Positions 27,165-45,844 of a stretch of 64,000 bases of DNA are shown piece after piece. Origin of the DNA: Eledone cirrhosa (lineage: Eukaryota). The stretch covers positions 17,530 through 81,529 of the forward strand of contig CAXHJY010000762.1 of NCBI GenBank assembly GCA_964016885.1, in the 5' to 3' direction. Under the pieces are notes generated by a model. It did not search any database, was not told where the DNA came from, and was given only the letters and a program-made list of their open reading frames with translations. Position 1 is the stretch's first letter; each line of letters opens with the position of its first letter. Made by a program: the position numbers and the translations under genes.

Positions 27165-27191
27165 TGTATATATATATATATATATACTCAC

Positions 27192-27223
<32 letters not shown>

Positions 27224-27330
27224 ACTCACATATATGTATATATATATATGTATATATATATATACCCACATATATGTATATATATATATGTATATAAGTA
27301 TATATATATATATATATACTCACATATATG

Positions 27331-27362
<32 letters not shown>

Positions 27363-27570
27363 CCCACATATATGTATATATATATGTATATATGTATATA
27401 TATATATATATATACCCACATATATGTATATATATATGTATATATGTATATATATATATATATATACTCACATATATGTATATATATATATGTATATATA
27501 TATATATACCCACATATATGTATATATATGTATATATGTATATATATATATATATATACCCACATATATG

Positions 27571-27612
<42 letters not shown>

Positions 27613-27806
27613 CTCACATATATGTATACATATATTTATATGTATATATATATATATATATACTCACATATATGTATATATATATATATGTATATATATA
27701 TATAGTCACATATATGTATATATATATATATACTCACATATATGTATATAAATATATATATATATACTCACATATGTATATATATATATATATATATATA
27801 CTCACA

Positions 27807-27861
<55 letters not shown>

Positions 27862-27880
27862 TCACATATATATACTCACA

Positions 27881-27927
<47 letters not shown>

Positions 27928-27932
27928 TCACA

Positions 27933-27966
<34 letters not shown>

Positions 27967-27972
27967 CTCACA

Positions 27973-28004
<32 letters not shown>

Positions 28005-28068
28005 CTCACATATATGTGTATATATATATATATATATATACTCACATATATATATATATATATATACT

Positions 28069-28125
<57 letters not shown>

Positions 28126-28126
28126 T

Positions 28127-28165
<39 letters not shown>

Positions 28166-28242
28166 TCACATATATGTATATATGTATATATATATATATA
28201 CTAACATATATGTATATATGTATATATATATATATACTAACA

Positions 28243-28279
<37 letters not shown>

Positions 28280-28720
28280 TAACATATATGTATATATATA
28301 TATTTATATATATATATACTAACATACATGTATATATATATATTTATATATATATATACTAACATATATGTATATATATATATTTATATATATATATACT
28401 AACATATATGTATATATATATATTTTTATATATATATATACTAACATATATGTATATATATATATATTTATATATATATATACTAACATATATGTATATA
28501 TATATATATTTATCTATATATATACTCACATATATGTATATATATATATACGCATATGTATATATATAGATACTCACATATATATACGCACATATATGTG
28601 TATATATATATATACATATATATATATTTATATATATATATATATACGCACATATATGTGTATATATATATATATACATATATATGCACATATACGTATA
28701 CATATATGTGCGTATATAAG
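26875..28720. repeat. (TA)n-derived variable minisatellite with CTCACA/CCCACA/CTAACA-marked units
   Basis: Direct reading; the unit marker drifts along the array. Confidence 0.92.
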
Positions 28721-29014
28721 AAGCAAAATATAAAATAACGACAATGAACATACTTTGAAGGATTATTATTTATTTATTAAACTTTATTTTCCCTATTTCT
28801 GAATTTCACACGAATGCCTACCACTGTTTATTTTTTGTATTATTATTATTATCTCCCTTTTATTCTTCTTGAAATTCAGTGAAAACTAAAGTTCTTATTG
28901 CTTTCACTTTCATCTCCCCAACCCCATATTTTATTTCATTATATATATATATATATATATACACAAATAAAAGCTGCAATTCTTATTGTCACTCTCTCTC
29001 TATACACACACATA

Positions 29015-29059
<45 letters not shown>

Positions 29060-29092
29060 TTCGCCTTTTCTCCCGCCAAAATGCGATTCTCG

Positions 29093-31500
<2,408 letters not shown>

Positions 31501-31732
31501 ATGTTTGTACTTGGCAGTTTGTAGATTTTTGCGGCGTTTTCTTTATCATCTCCATAACTTCGTTCACATTTTTTCTCTTCCATCTTGGCATCTTCCAATA
31601 TTTTTGTTATTTCAACAAAAAACCTCCATACAACTTCATCCTACAAAAATACTTAACTTTCACTCAATTTTATTTTTAAAACTATTTGTTTTATGTTTCT
31701 ATTATTGAAGTTAGAAATAATAATAATAATAG

Positions 31733-31909
31733 TTTTTGCTTTTGGCACAAGGCCAGCAATTATCACAGTGTATTACTGGTACTTTATTTTATCGACCTAG
31801 TAATGATGAAAGGCAAAGTTAACCTCGGCGGGATTTGGACTCAGACCGTAAAGGGGCGTAACTCTATGCTGCAAAGCATGGTGTCCGACTCCCTACCGAT
31901 ACTGCCAAT
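31733..31909 (-). mobile_element. SINE family A1
   Basis: Homology to 10855-11027. Confidence 0.9.
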
Positions 31910-31920
31910 AATACTAATAC

Positions 31921-32049
31921 TTATATAGGCACAAGGCCAGTAATATGGGGGGGGGAGGGGAAAGTCGATTAAATCAACCCTAGTTTATTACTGGTACTTT
32001 ATTTTATCGACCCCATAAGGATGAGAGGCAAAAGTTAACCTCGGCGGGA
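31921..32049 (-). mobile_element. SINE family A1, 5'-truncated
   Basis: Central domain and tail are present; the head is lost at the junction with a LINE fragment. Confidence 0.85.
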
Positions 32050-32051
32050 GC

Positions 32052-32196
32052 AGAATCAGACATGTTGAAGTGGTACCGATTGTGGCTGGTGCTCTGGGAG
32101 TAAATAAAAGGTTAGATGTATGGCTTGGGAAGCTGAGAATTACTACCAGGATGGGATTGATACAGAAAACAGCCGGGAACTGCAACGATTCTAAGG
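32052..32196 (+). pseudogene. C-terminal fragment of an R4/Dong-type (restriction-like endonuclease) non-LTR retrotransposon ORF
   Basis: Translates RIRHVEVVPIVAGALGVNKRLDVWLGKLRITTRMGLIQKTA/GTATILR with one frameshift, matching the VPIVVGALG...LQKTALLGTARILR pattern of RLE elements. Confidence 0.8.
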
Positions 32197-32723
32197 CTGG
32201 CCTTGCCCGTAAAACCTGTTTAGTGTTTTATATGTTTAGGCATTCTAAACATGTCAGTCGTATCGGAATCATCATTAACATCATCACCACCACCATCATC
32301 ATAATTATCGCCTCCATCATCATCACCATCATCATCATCGACATCAACGCCACCATCACCATCATCAACACCATCATCGCAAACGCCATCATCACCATCA
32401 TCGCAAATCTCAATTTTTTTTTATTTTCAAATAGTCCATTCCTTCTCTCACCCTTCCTCCCCTCCCCCCTCCCATCACCACCCTAGTCCCCCTGCCCCAC
32501 CATCATCACCCTAGTCCCCTTTCCCACCATCATCACCTTAGTCCCTCTCCTCCACATTCACCCTAGTGTTCCTCCCCGACCCTCACACAAGTTTGCTGCT
32601 TCGATTGGGCTTGAAGAACCTAGAAGAAATGAAATATTGCATCTTGCTTCACTCCATCACCGTTAGAGAGAGAGAGGGAGAGAGCGAGATGGAGAGAGAG
32701 AGAGGGAGGGAGAGAGCGAGATG

Positions 32724-32759
<36 letters not shown>

Positions 32760-32877
32760 GAGAGAGCGAGAGGGAGAGAGAGAGTTGTTAGGTTTCTATT
32801 GATTAAACTTATCGCTAACATTATACTGGCTCGTACAATCTATATTTCAGGCGTGGTGTGTATACGGGTGTGGATGT

Positions 32878-32915
<38 letters not shown>

Positions 32916-33189
32916 AATAGACAGATGTGTATGTGAGAGAGAGAAATAGACAGATATATGTGTGAGAGAGAGAGAGAGAAAGAAGGATCCTATGTGAATG
33001 AAAGTGTGTTTTTGTGAAAGAGAGACGGACAGAGCACGAGAGAGAGAGAGAGAGACCAAAGACAGAAAAAAGAATGGGAAAAAGAAAAAGGGGTAGAGAG
33101 AGGGAGAGAGAGAGAGAGAGAGAGTGAGAGAGTATGGATGAGATGGAGAAATGTAATGGCTTAGAAACCAACAAGAAATGTTGTGCATA

Positions 33190-33548
33190 ACCACAAACAC
33201 CACCACCACCACTACCACTACCACCACCACTACCAACACCACCACTACCAACACCACTACCAACACCACCACTACCAACACCACTACCACCACTACCACC
33301 ACCATCACCACTACCAACACTACCACTACTACCACCACCACCACCACTACCAACACTACCACTATTACCACCACTATCACCACCACTACCAACACTACCA
33401 CCACCACCACTACTACCAGCACCACTACCAACACTACCACTACTACCACCACTACCACCACAACCACCACCACCACCACCACCACCACCACTACCACCAC
33501 TACCACCACCACTACCAACACTACCACCACCACCACCACCACCACCAC
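33190..33548. repeat. (ACC/ACT)n trinucleotide microsatellite
   Basis: Direct reading. Confidence 0.95.
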
Positions 33549-33607
33549 CCAGCCTCCATTTTGGAAAACTTGGTTTTAAATTTCAGCCAAGTCAATATTA
33601 GTGGTGT

Positions 33608-34030
33608 AGAGAGTGGATTGGTGGGAGAGTGGGAGAGTGGATTGGTGGGAGAGTGGATTGGTGGGAGAGTGGGAGAGTGGATTGGTGGGAGGGTGGATTG
33701 GTGGGAGAGTGGGAGAGTGGATTGGTGGGAGAGTGGATTGGTGGGAGAGTGGGAGAGTGGATTGGTGGGAGGGTGGATTGGTGGGAGAGTGGGAGAGTGG
33801 ATTGGTGGGAGAGTGGGAGGGTGGATTGGTGGGAGGGTGGGAGAGTGGGAGAGTGGATTGGTGGGAGAGTGGGAGAGTGGATTGGTGGGAGAGTGGGAGA
33901 GTGGATTGGTGGGAGGGTGGATTGGTGGGAGGGTGGGAGAGTGGGAGAGTGGATTGGTGGGACTGTGGGAGAGTGGATTGGTGGGAGAGTGGGAGGGTGG
34001 ATTGGTGGGAGGGTGGGAGAGTGGGAGAGT
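33608..34030 (+). repeat. G-rich minisatellite built from GAGTGGATTGGTGGGA and GAGTGGGA units
   Basis: Direct reading. Confidence 0.9.
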
Positions 34031-34652
34031 TAGGTGGAGTTAATATTGCAGTGGATTGGTGAGGAAGATTGTATATGAAATGGCAGCTGACTGTAGTAAC
34101 AGCAGACATGACAGTAACAACCATTTCATCGTCATCTATATAATCATCACCATGATGATCATTAGCATCATATTCCCCATCACCATCATCTTCATCATCA
34201 CAATCATCATTACCATCATCATCACCATCATCATCGTCATCACCATCACAATCATCATCATCACCAGCAGTAACAACAGCACTATTAACAGCTGGAACAA
34301 CAACAAAGACAATAGCAGCACTAATAACAACAACCACAGCAACAACAACAACCACAGCAACAACCACCAGAGCAACAACAACCGCAGCACCAATACAACC
34401 ACCACAGCAACAACAACCACCACAGCAACAACAACCACCACAGCAACAACCACAACAACATCAATAATGACGGTACTAAATGCAGCATTATATATGCAAC
34501 AATCCATATTATGTTACCGAAATACGAACATGTCCTTCAATATTTATCATGAGATTATGTCTAAATAAAGACAGCTAAATATATAGAGGTGTGATGGTTG
34601 ACAACATGGCTGAGTGGACGGGGGAGAACTTGAGCACAACCCAACCACTTAC

Positions 34653-34738
34653 CCATGAGCCCCACAGATGGGGGCAGTTATAGTACAGTGTTCGGTATTG
34701 TATTGTTCCAACGTCCCCGAAATTTTCACACTCTTTAC
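34653..34738 (-). CDS. Candidate internal exon of an unidentified gene
   Basis: Consensus donor TGG|GTAAGT. Two frames are open (VKSVKISGTLEQYNTEHCTITAPICGAH or KECENFGDVGTIQYRTLYYNCPHLWGSW); acceptor weak. Confidence 0.22.
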
Positions 34739-34834
34739 CTACTCCATCAAGTGGAAAATTAATATATTTCTTCGTTGTACTGTGTTGCTTGTTTTGCTAT
34801 TTCTGCTTACTTTACACACACACACACACACACG

Positions 34835-34928
<94 letters not shown>

Positions 34929-35354
34929 GTGGTTCCAGTGGCATGTCATTAGAAGCCAATAACAAAGAACTTAACCCAGGCCTTAAAAACTTCGAGAATT
35001 AATATATATTTAATGAACACTTTCAATACAAACTCCAGTATATTTCGTTGATTTGTGCAGATAAACATGAAAGAAAGTTAAGAAATAATGTAATGCCGAG
35101 TACAGATTTATTCTATTATTATATGATGTTTATTAGTTGAGACAAGACACATCGATTGCTTTTTATCTACAGTCAAATCATATCGCCAAATGGACGGTCT
35201 ACGAAGTGCGAAGTTTTCTTCACCAGACAAGATATTTTACATCACCTTTTAGTCCTCTATCAGCACTTAACATTGAACAGATGTGGAAAACTGTACAACT
35301 TATAACCTATGAATTGTCTACTGTAAATTGTAGTGGAGTAGTTGAAGATGAGGT

Positions 35355-35565
35355 TTCATGGCAGTGTCGGTAGAGCGCCGGACAACGTTCTTTGCAGCAT
35401 GTTACAACCCTTTACGTTCTAAGTTCAAATCTCGCTGAGGTTAGCGTAGCTTTTGATCTTTACTGGGTCGATAAAATTTAAATACCAGTAAGACACTGGG
35501 GTCAATTTAATTGACTTTCCTCTCCCACAAAATTGCTGGCCTTGCATCTAAATCAGAAACCATTA
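35355..35565 (+). mobile_element. SINE family A1, diverged
   Basis: TGGCAGTGTCGG ... GTTCAAATC ... GGGTCGATAAAA ... AAATTGCTGGCCTTG. Confidence 0.85.
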
Positions 35566-35610
35566 GCCTCTACTTACACACATACATACATACATACATA
35601 CATACATACA

Positions 35611-35641
<31 letters not shown>

Positions 35642-36049
35642 CCATAGCAATACGTGAATGTCTTTTGTATGGTTGAGTAAATTTGTTGGAATTTGATATA
35701 GTGGAGAAGAAAGAAGTGAATTGGAGTAGTGTTGAGATGTTTTTCCCCTCGACTGTCGTGTAAACATTAAATGTATACACTTCATGGGGGCTTTAACAAA
35801 CGGTACTTCTATTACACCTACGTTGCTATGGACACAGATATAGAGGCAGCAAGCAGTGTGTCAGTCGGAGGCACATCTCACACTACTAAATAAACATATC
35901 CTTGCACAAACTGACACGCTACATACCAACACTAAATTATAATTACCCACTGATAAAAACACACCGTTGTTGATTTACGAAAATATCGTATATATATATA
36001 AATACATATATATATTGTTGCAGATAAGCACACGCCCATATACCTATAT

Positions 36050-36089
<40 letters not shown>

Positions 36090-36109
36090 ATATATATATA
36101 TATATATAT

Positions 36110-36660
36110 GGTGGCTGCCAACTCGTTTTCGAGTACGGCCACTACTTTATATCCATGTAGGAGAACCCCTACCAATGCGCTGAACGAGTGCGACTTTTTA
36201 GTCCAGCCAGCGACTTGAAAACTCTGGTACAAACACTACACCTGTGACAATTATTGACACATAGTGCTGGGCCCATGGTACCATGTGACGACAAGTGCAG
36301 AGAGATCTCCAGATATAAAGCAATGCCTGTGCTGTGAAGCTTTTATAGTGAGCAAAGGCACTGCACAAAGCCAGTCCCACTCTCTTAACCAAGATGATAT
36401 TTACCAAAAAGAAGAACAATTCAACATCATTGGATACCATCAGGGTTGCAGGTGTTATATCAGAGTTTTCCTTCTCCTAGAATTCTGCCTTGACAAAGGC
36501 TAAGGGGTCATCTCTCCCGGTGATTTTGGATGGCTATTGACTCTTAAGAGCCCCTTTGCCTTTTGACAGGTTTTGTTTTTAGTCCTGCAGGATGTCCAAA
36601 GCCACCCTCCTCACCAAGAAACCTTGGTGGGGTTGCCAGTTTAGTCGCCAACGACCCTGA
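36110..36660 (-). mobile_element. Family B RTE-derived element, 5'-truncated by ~60 nt
   Basis: Reverse complement of ~13148-13697; (TA)n on both sides. Confidence 0.88.
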
Positions 36661-36676
36661 ATATATATATATATAT

Positions 36677-36768
36677 AGGGTCGGCTGAAAAGTTCATAGG
36701 CTGACTGAGATGCTATTGTCAAATGAGGTTTATTTTTTATAAACATGGTCCCTAGAAAGAAACAAAGC
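36677..36768 (+). mobile_element. Mariner-type MITE, left-end fragment
   Basis: Homologous to 55106-55200. Confidence 0.7.
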
Positions 36769-36774
36769 TGTCTT

Positions 36775-37052
36775 AGGGGCGCCGTATTGAAATATGAGGT
36801 TTCTTAGACATTTTAAGTCTGTATGGCGGAGCCACCCCTCTCCAGGTGTGCACAAAGCAGATTTTGTCGAGAGAAAGATAGAAAGTGAGACAAAGGAAAT
36901 GAGAAAGAATCGGCCCCAGTATTAGACTGTCCCTGCTTTTTTTTTTATCAACCTCGAAAAGATGAAAGCCAAAGTTGACCTCGACGGGATTTGAACTCAG
37001 GGAGCCGGAACGAATATTGCAAAACATCCCATCTGATGTTCTAATGACTCCG

Positions 37053-37053
<1 letters not shown>
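36775..37053 (-). mobile_element. SINE family A2 (family A head with alternative tail)
   Basis: Head and centre as in A1; tail contains ACCTGGAGAGG and ends GGCGCCCCTA. Confidence 0.7.
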
Positions 37054-37111
<58 letters not shown>

Positions 37112-37622
37112 CATGAACATATCGATTACATTCAAGCCCCGAATATTGTATATATTTTGATTACAATATTCTATACTAAAGACTACCATAAAAATACTAT
37201 TGACTTATAAATAAAAACAAAAATATGTTACTATGAAGCAGTGTTAGATAAAGTTATGCTCCTTAGACTGTGTTCCAGTTTAGAATCCCAGTTTTCTCTC
37301 GACCAGGCGAAAACTATGATTTTTGCAAATGGTTTCCCGTATTCCAGTATAAACAATAAAGCTAAGCGTCCATAAGTGGAAAATACTGATTATGAAAATG
37401 AAATAGAAAAATAGAGACATTAGCGTTTGACTTCAATCGCTTTCTATATTCCGTGTCAGAAAATAATAAAGTTTATCTCTTTTGCCACATGTATATAACT
37501 GAATATACATTGGCGGCAGTCGAGAAAAACTATCTTCTTTCTCTCGTCAAGCAATCGTAGCATTTAGCCACTGTATCTATCTATATCTTTATATATATAT
37601 ATAAACACACACATTCATTCAT

Positions 37623-37672
<50 letters not shown>

Positions 37673-38477
37673 TGTATGCGTGTAGATATATGTATGTATA
37701 AATAAATATATATATATTAAATATATATATATATAAAATATATATATATATATATATGTGTGTGTATGTGTACACAAATATATCTATATGTATGGGTATG
37801 TGTATGCATATGTGTAACATAAATATCTATCACAGACGCCATGACAGTAGGGTCAATTGTTTACTTCGAGAAATCATAGATATCTTACTGATTCCAGAAC
37901 CGGGCGGAAAATCCATCATGAACGTGAAATAGCACTATATATATATATATATATATATGTATACACATACGCACACATATGTATATACCCTCATTTATAT
38001 GTATATATATACATATATAACACGATGAATGGGTGCATGTCATGAGGTCTCAAATGAGAATAAGTTTTCAACATTGAAGATATGGAGTTTTACGACTGTC
38101 GTAATATATTGTAAATTTTTAATGGTAGCCACTATAATTCTGACATGTTGAATGACGATGTTTCTCATTTTATATTTATGCCATAATGACTAAGGCTACT
38201 ATAACTATTACTTATACTAGCGCCTAGTTTCTATAATCCTTTCTTCTATGACTATTGTACGTGGATTGTAAAATATTTTGTCCATACGTAGTAAGTTGTA
38301 CTGTGTATTAGTTGTCGGCGTGTTTGGTTTAATGATATAAATTATATGGCCATACATAGTAATGATGATGATGATGATGATGGCAATAACAGTATCAACG
38401 ACAACACGAAGAAACATGTCTTCATTTGCCACAAGGATACAACAGCAATAATAATTTTGATGATGATGACAATAGTA

Positions 38478-38689
38478 ATAATTGCTTCTTATATAGGCAC
38501 AAGGCCGGCAATTCTTTGGGAGGGGAAAGTCTATTAAATCGACTCCAGTGCGTGACTGGTACTTTATTTTATCGACCTCGTAAGAACGAAAGGCAAAGTT
38601 AACCTGGCGGGATTTGAACTCAGAACGCAAAGGGCCATAACTCCTACGCTGTAAAGCAGGGTGTTCGTCCCTCTACCGATACTGCCAAT
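38478..38689 (-). mobile_element. SINE family A1, near full length
   Basis: Homology to the other A1 copies. Confidence 0.9.
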
Positions 38690-38859
38690 AGGTCGAACCA
38701 AGCATTGTTAGAGTAAATGCGTAGAGGGCAACTGTTAGGAAGCCCACTCTTTGGACAGGACCTGTTATTTAGAGGGAGGGCCAGCCTTTACACTCACACT
38801 GTCATACAGAATCTTACGGAAAATTATGTTAAAGACACACAAATCTAGGAAATGTTGAA

Positions 38860-39121
38860 GGCTTTTCGGCCTAGTGGTAAGGGTGTTAGATTTACTATTC
38901 CTGGACTGGGTTGTGCGTTGTGTTCTTGAACAAAACCTCTTTATTTTACATAGCTCTAATATACTCAACTGAAAATGAGTACCAGTAATAGCTGGGGGTT
39001 TAAACCTACGATGGACTGGTATCCTGTCCAGGAGGGAGTCTTGTACTCTCAGTTGCTTCACGCCATGGAAATCAGGACAAGTACTGGCCTGATCAGCCTC
39101 TGTGCTCGAGACAGATGTTAA
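38860..39121 (+). mobile_element. Second tRNA-derived SINE family (CORE-like central region)
   Basis: A-box-like GGCCTAGTGG, TGTGTTCTTGAACAAAAC (CORE-like from memory) and CCTACGATGGACTGGTATCCTGTCCAGG. Single copy here. Confidence 0.65.
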
Positions 39122-39273
39122 ACTTCAGATTTTAGGACAACTGGAAGACTCATAATTGAAACCGACGAAGATCCATCCGATGATCATATGTTCTGTGAGT
39201 GTTCCAGTCTCTTGTATGACTGTATGGTTATTATTTACGTGATGTTATTTACCCCAACTCCCCGTGTTTCTCT

Positions 39274-39658
39274 ATTAATCATTGTTGTTGTTGTTTTTAC
39301 TTTCGATGTTTGATGTTCATCGACTTGTACTACCACCACCACTACTACCGCCACCACCACCACTACTACCACCGCCACCACCACCACTACTACCACCACC
39401 ACCACCGCTACTACCACCACCATCACCACTACTACCACCACCACTACTACCACCGCTACCACCACCACTACTACCACCACCACCACCACCACCACTACTA
39501 CTACCACCACTACTACCACCGCCACCACCACCACTACTACTACCACAACCACCTCCATCACCACTACTACTACCACCGCCACCACCACCACTACTACCAC
39601 CACCACCACCACCACCACTACTACCACCACCACCACCACCACCACCACCACCACCACC

Positions 39659-39690
<32 letters not shown>

Positions 39691-39747
39691 AATTAATCAT
39701 TATTGTTGTTTTTTACTTTCGATGTTTGATGTTCATCGACTTGTACT
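39274..39747. repeat. (ACC/ACT)n tract bracketed by a ~57-bp direct duplication
   Basis: 39274-39331 matches 39692-39747. Confidence 0.88.
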
Positions 39748-39949
39748 GTTTCATTTATTTTCAAGCGAAAGGAAAGAGAAAATGGCGACATCTATTTTAA
39801 CGATAAGAAGCCTGACGAGGGGGGGGGGGGCATTGTAGTAGAATTTCAAATATGTTATTGTCAGAATTGTGAGACAGGGAAACCCCGAAGACTCGGTCTT
39901 CCGCAATATGACAGCTATGGTAATACCAGCTATAGGGACAACAGCAACA

Positions 39950-40300
39950 GTAGTAGTAGTGTGGTGGTAGTAGTAGTGGTAGTAGCTGTGGTGGTGGTGG
40001 TAGTAGTAGCTGTGGTGGTGGTGGTAGTAGTAGCTGTGGTGGTGGTGGTTGTAGTAGCTGTGGTGGTGGTGGTTGTAGTAGCTGTGGTGGTTGTAGTAGT
40101 GGTAGTAGCTGTGGTGGTAGTAGTAGTAGTAGCAGCTGTGGTGGTATTAGTAGTAGTAGTAGTAGTAACTGTGGTGGTGGTGGTAGTGGTAGCTGTGGTG
40201 GTAGTAGTAGTAGTAGCTGTGGTGGTATTAGTGGTATTAGTAGTAGTAGCAGTAACTGTGGTGGTGGTGGTAGTAGTGGTGGTAATAACTGTGGTAGTAG
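39950..40300. repeat. (GGT/AGT)n microsatellite with GCTGT-marked units
   Basis: Direct reading. Confidence 0.92.
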
Positions 40301-40310
40301 CAACACAGAT

Positions 40311-40499
40311 AATTATTTCTACATTTGGCACAAGGCCAGCAATTACCCAATGTATTACTGGTACTTTATTTTATCGACCCCGTAAGGATGAAAGGCAAAG
40401 TCAACCTCGGCGGGATTTGAACTCAGATCGTAAAGGGACGTAACTATGCTGGAAAGCATGGCGTCCGACCCTCTACTGATACTGCCAATCCACCACCGC
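40311..40499 (-). mobile_element. SINE family A1, full length
   Basis: Intact B box (revcomp GAGTTCAAATCCC) and A-box-like head. Confidence 0.92.
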
Positions 40500-40522
40500 C
40501 AAACACATAATGATAGGAATAA

Positions 40523-40650
40523 AGGTTTCTGGTTTAGGGACAAGACCAGCAATGTTGGGGACGGGGAAAGTCAAATCAACCGACCCCAGTACTGGACTGG
40601 TACTTTATTTTATTGACCTTGGAAAGGTGAAAGGCCACGGCATCATTTGG
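40523..40650 (-). mobile_element. SINE family A1, partial
   Basis: Tail and central domain homology. Confidence 0.75.
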
Positions 40651-41490
40651 ACTACTACTACCACCAACACTACTACCACCACCACTACCACTACTACTAC
40701 CACTACCACTACTACTACCACCAACACTACTACCACCACTACCACTACTACCACCACACCACCAACACTACTACTACTACTACTACTGTCACACAGTCCC
40801 CTTTATCATTATCAATATTAGTTTCATCACCATCATCACCATCACCATCATCATCACCACCATCACCACCATCACCATCATCACCACCATCACAACCACC
40901 ATCACCACCATCACCACCATCACCATCATCACCACCATCACCATCATCACAACCACCACCATCACCATCACCACCACCATGACCACTATCACCATCATCA
41001 CAACCACCAGTACCACCATCACTATTAGCACCACCATCACCACCACCACCATCACCACCACCACCACCACCACCATCACCACCATCACCACCACCATCAC
41101 CACCACCATCACCATCACCACTACCACCACCACCACCACCACCACCACCACCACCACCATCACCACTACCACCACCACCACCACCACCACCACCACCACC
41201 ACCATCACCACCACCATCACCACCACCACCATCATCACCACCACCATCACCACCACCATCACCACCACCATCACCACCACCACCACCATCACCACCACCA
41301 TCACCACCACCACCATCACTACCACCATCACCACCACCACCATCACCACCACCACCATCACCACCACCACCATCACCACCACCATCACCACCACCATCAC
41401 CACCACCATCACCACCACCACCATCACCACCACCACCACCACCACCACCACCATCACCACCACCACCACCACCATCACCATCAGCAGCAG
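40651..41490. repeat. (ACC/ATC/ACT)n microsatellites
   Basis: Direct reading. Confidence 0.95.
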
Positions 41491-41885
41491 CAACAATAAC
41501 AAATATAAACGTTTCTACATTTGTAATATGGAAAAAAAAAAAAAAAAAAAAAATTAGCAAAGTTAATAACGCCGCAATCGTTGAATTAATGACAGAAGTA
41601 TTAGGATGGGGAGGAGTGGGGGAGGAGGTAATGGAGGGTGGGTGGGGGTGTTAGCTGTAACCATGGAAACGGTAATAATGAAAAAGAGTAACAGTAGTAT
41701 CAACAACAGCAACAACAACATCAACAATAGTAATAACGAGAAATATAAAAAGTAGTAATACTGAAATAAAAATATATAACAACATCATCAACAACAGCAA
41801 AATAGAAACATCGAGGAAGCAGCTACAGGAATATATATATGTGTATATATATATATGCATATATATACATATACATATGTATATA

Positions 41886-42411
41886 TATATCAGAGTTTTC
41901 CTTCTCCTAGAATTCTGCCTTGACAAAGGCTAAGGGGTCATCTCTCCCGGTGATTTTGGATGGCCATTGACTCTTAAGAGCTCCTTTGCCCTTTGACAGG
42001 TTTTGTTTTTAGTCCTGCAGGATGTCCAAAGTCACCCTCCTCACCAAGAAACCTTGGTAGGGTTGCCAGTTTAGTCGCCAACGACCCGATGGTATCCAAT
42101 GATGTTCTTCTTTTTGGTAAATATCATCTTGGTTAAGAGACTGGGACTGGCTTTGTGCAGTGCCTTTGCTCACTATAAAAGCTTCACGGCACAGGCATTG
42201 CTTTATATCTGGAGATCTCTCTGCACTTGTGGTCACATGGTACCATGGGCCCAGCACTATGTGTCAATAATTGTCACAAGTGTAGTGTTTGTACCAGAGT
42301 TTTCAAGTCGTTGGCTTGACTAAAAATCGCACTCGTTCAGCGCATCGGTAGGGGTTCTCCTACATGGATATAAAGTAGTGGCCGTACTCGAAAACGAGTT
42401 TGGCAGCCACC
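41886..42411 (+). mobile_element. Family B copy with inverted 5' segment
   Basis: 41886-42089 is the antisense of reference 13148-13351; 42088-42411 is the sense from reference 13366 to the 3' end. Confidence 0.9.
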
Positions 42412-42444
<33 letters not shown>

Positions 42445-42571
42445 ATATATGCATACATACATGTATACAAATACACACACACATATATATACACCACTAA
42501 CAGCAAGAACATTATTAAAAAATAACACATACACACACATGTATATATATACATATATTATGTATTAGTTT

Positions 42572-42614
<43 letters not shown>

Positions 42615-42849
42615 CATACAATTAACATCAACAACAACAATAATAATAATAATAACAACAATGATAATAATAATAACAATAATAACAACAATAAAAATAA
42701 TAACAATAATAACAACAACAATAATAAAAGCCAGTAATGTTGTAAATACACATTTAACAAGACCGGACAAAGAAAAATAAAAGAATTAACAACAAAAAGA
42801 AAAATAGATTAAATGTAAAACAAGAGATGTGTAAAGAAATTGAATCTAG

Positions 42850-45620
<2,771 letters not shown>

Positions 45621-45844
45621 CATATATATATGTGTGTAACTAACTAGATAAATAGTTCCACTGTGATTATTAACAAATATCACGAGAAAGAGAAGGGGAG
45701 GTAACTATCGACAGACTGACAGATTGATAATAAAGTGATCGTGTCCACCATTACAGTCAACAACAACAACAACTAGAACAACGAAAATAGCAACTCGTAG
45801 ATTATACATATTTAGACAAGAGGGGAAGGGGAAGATGTAGTACA

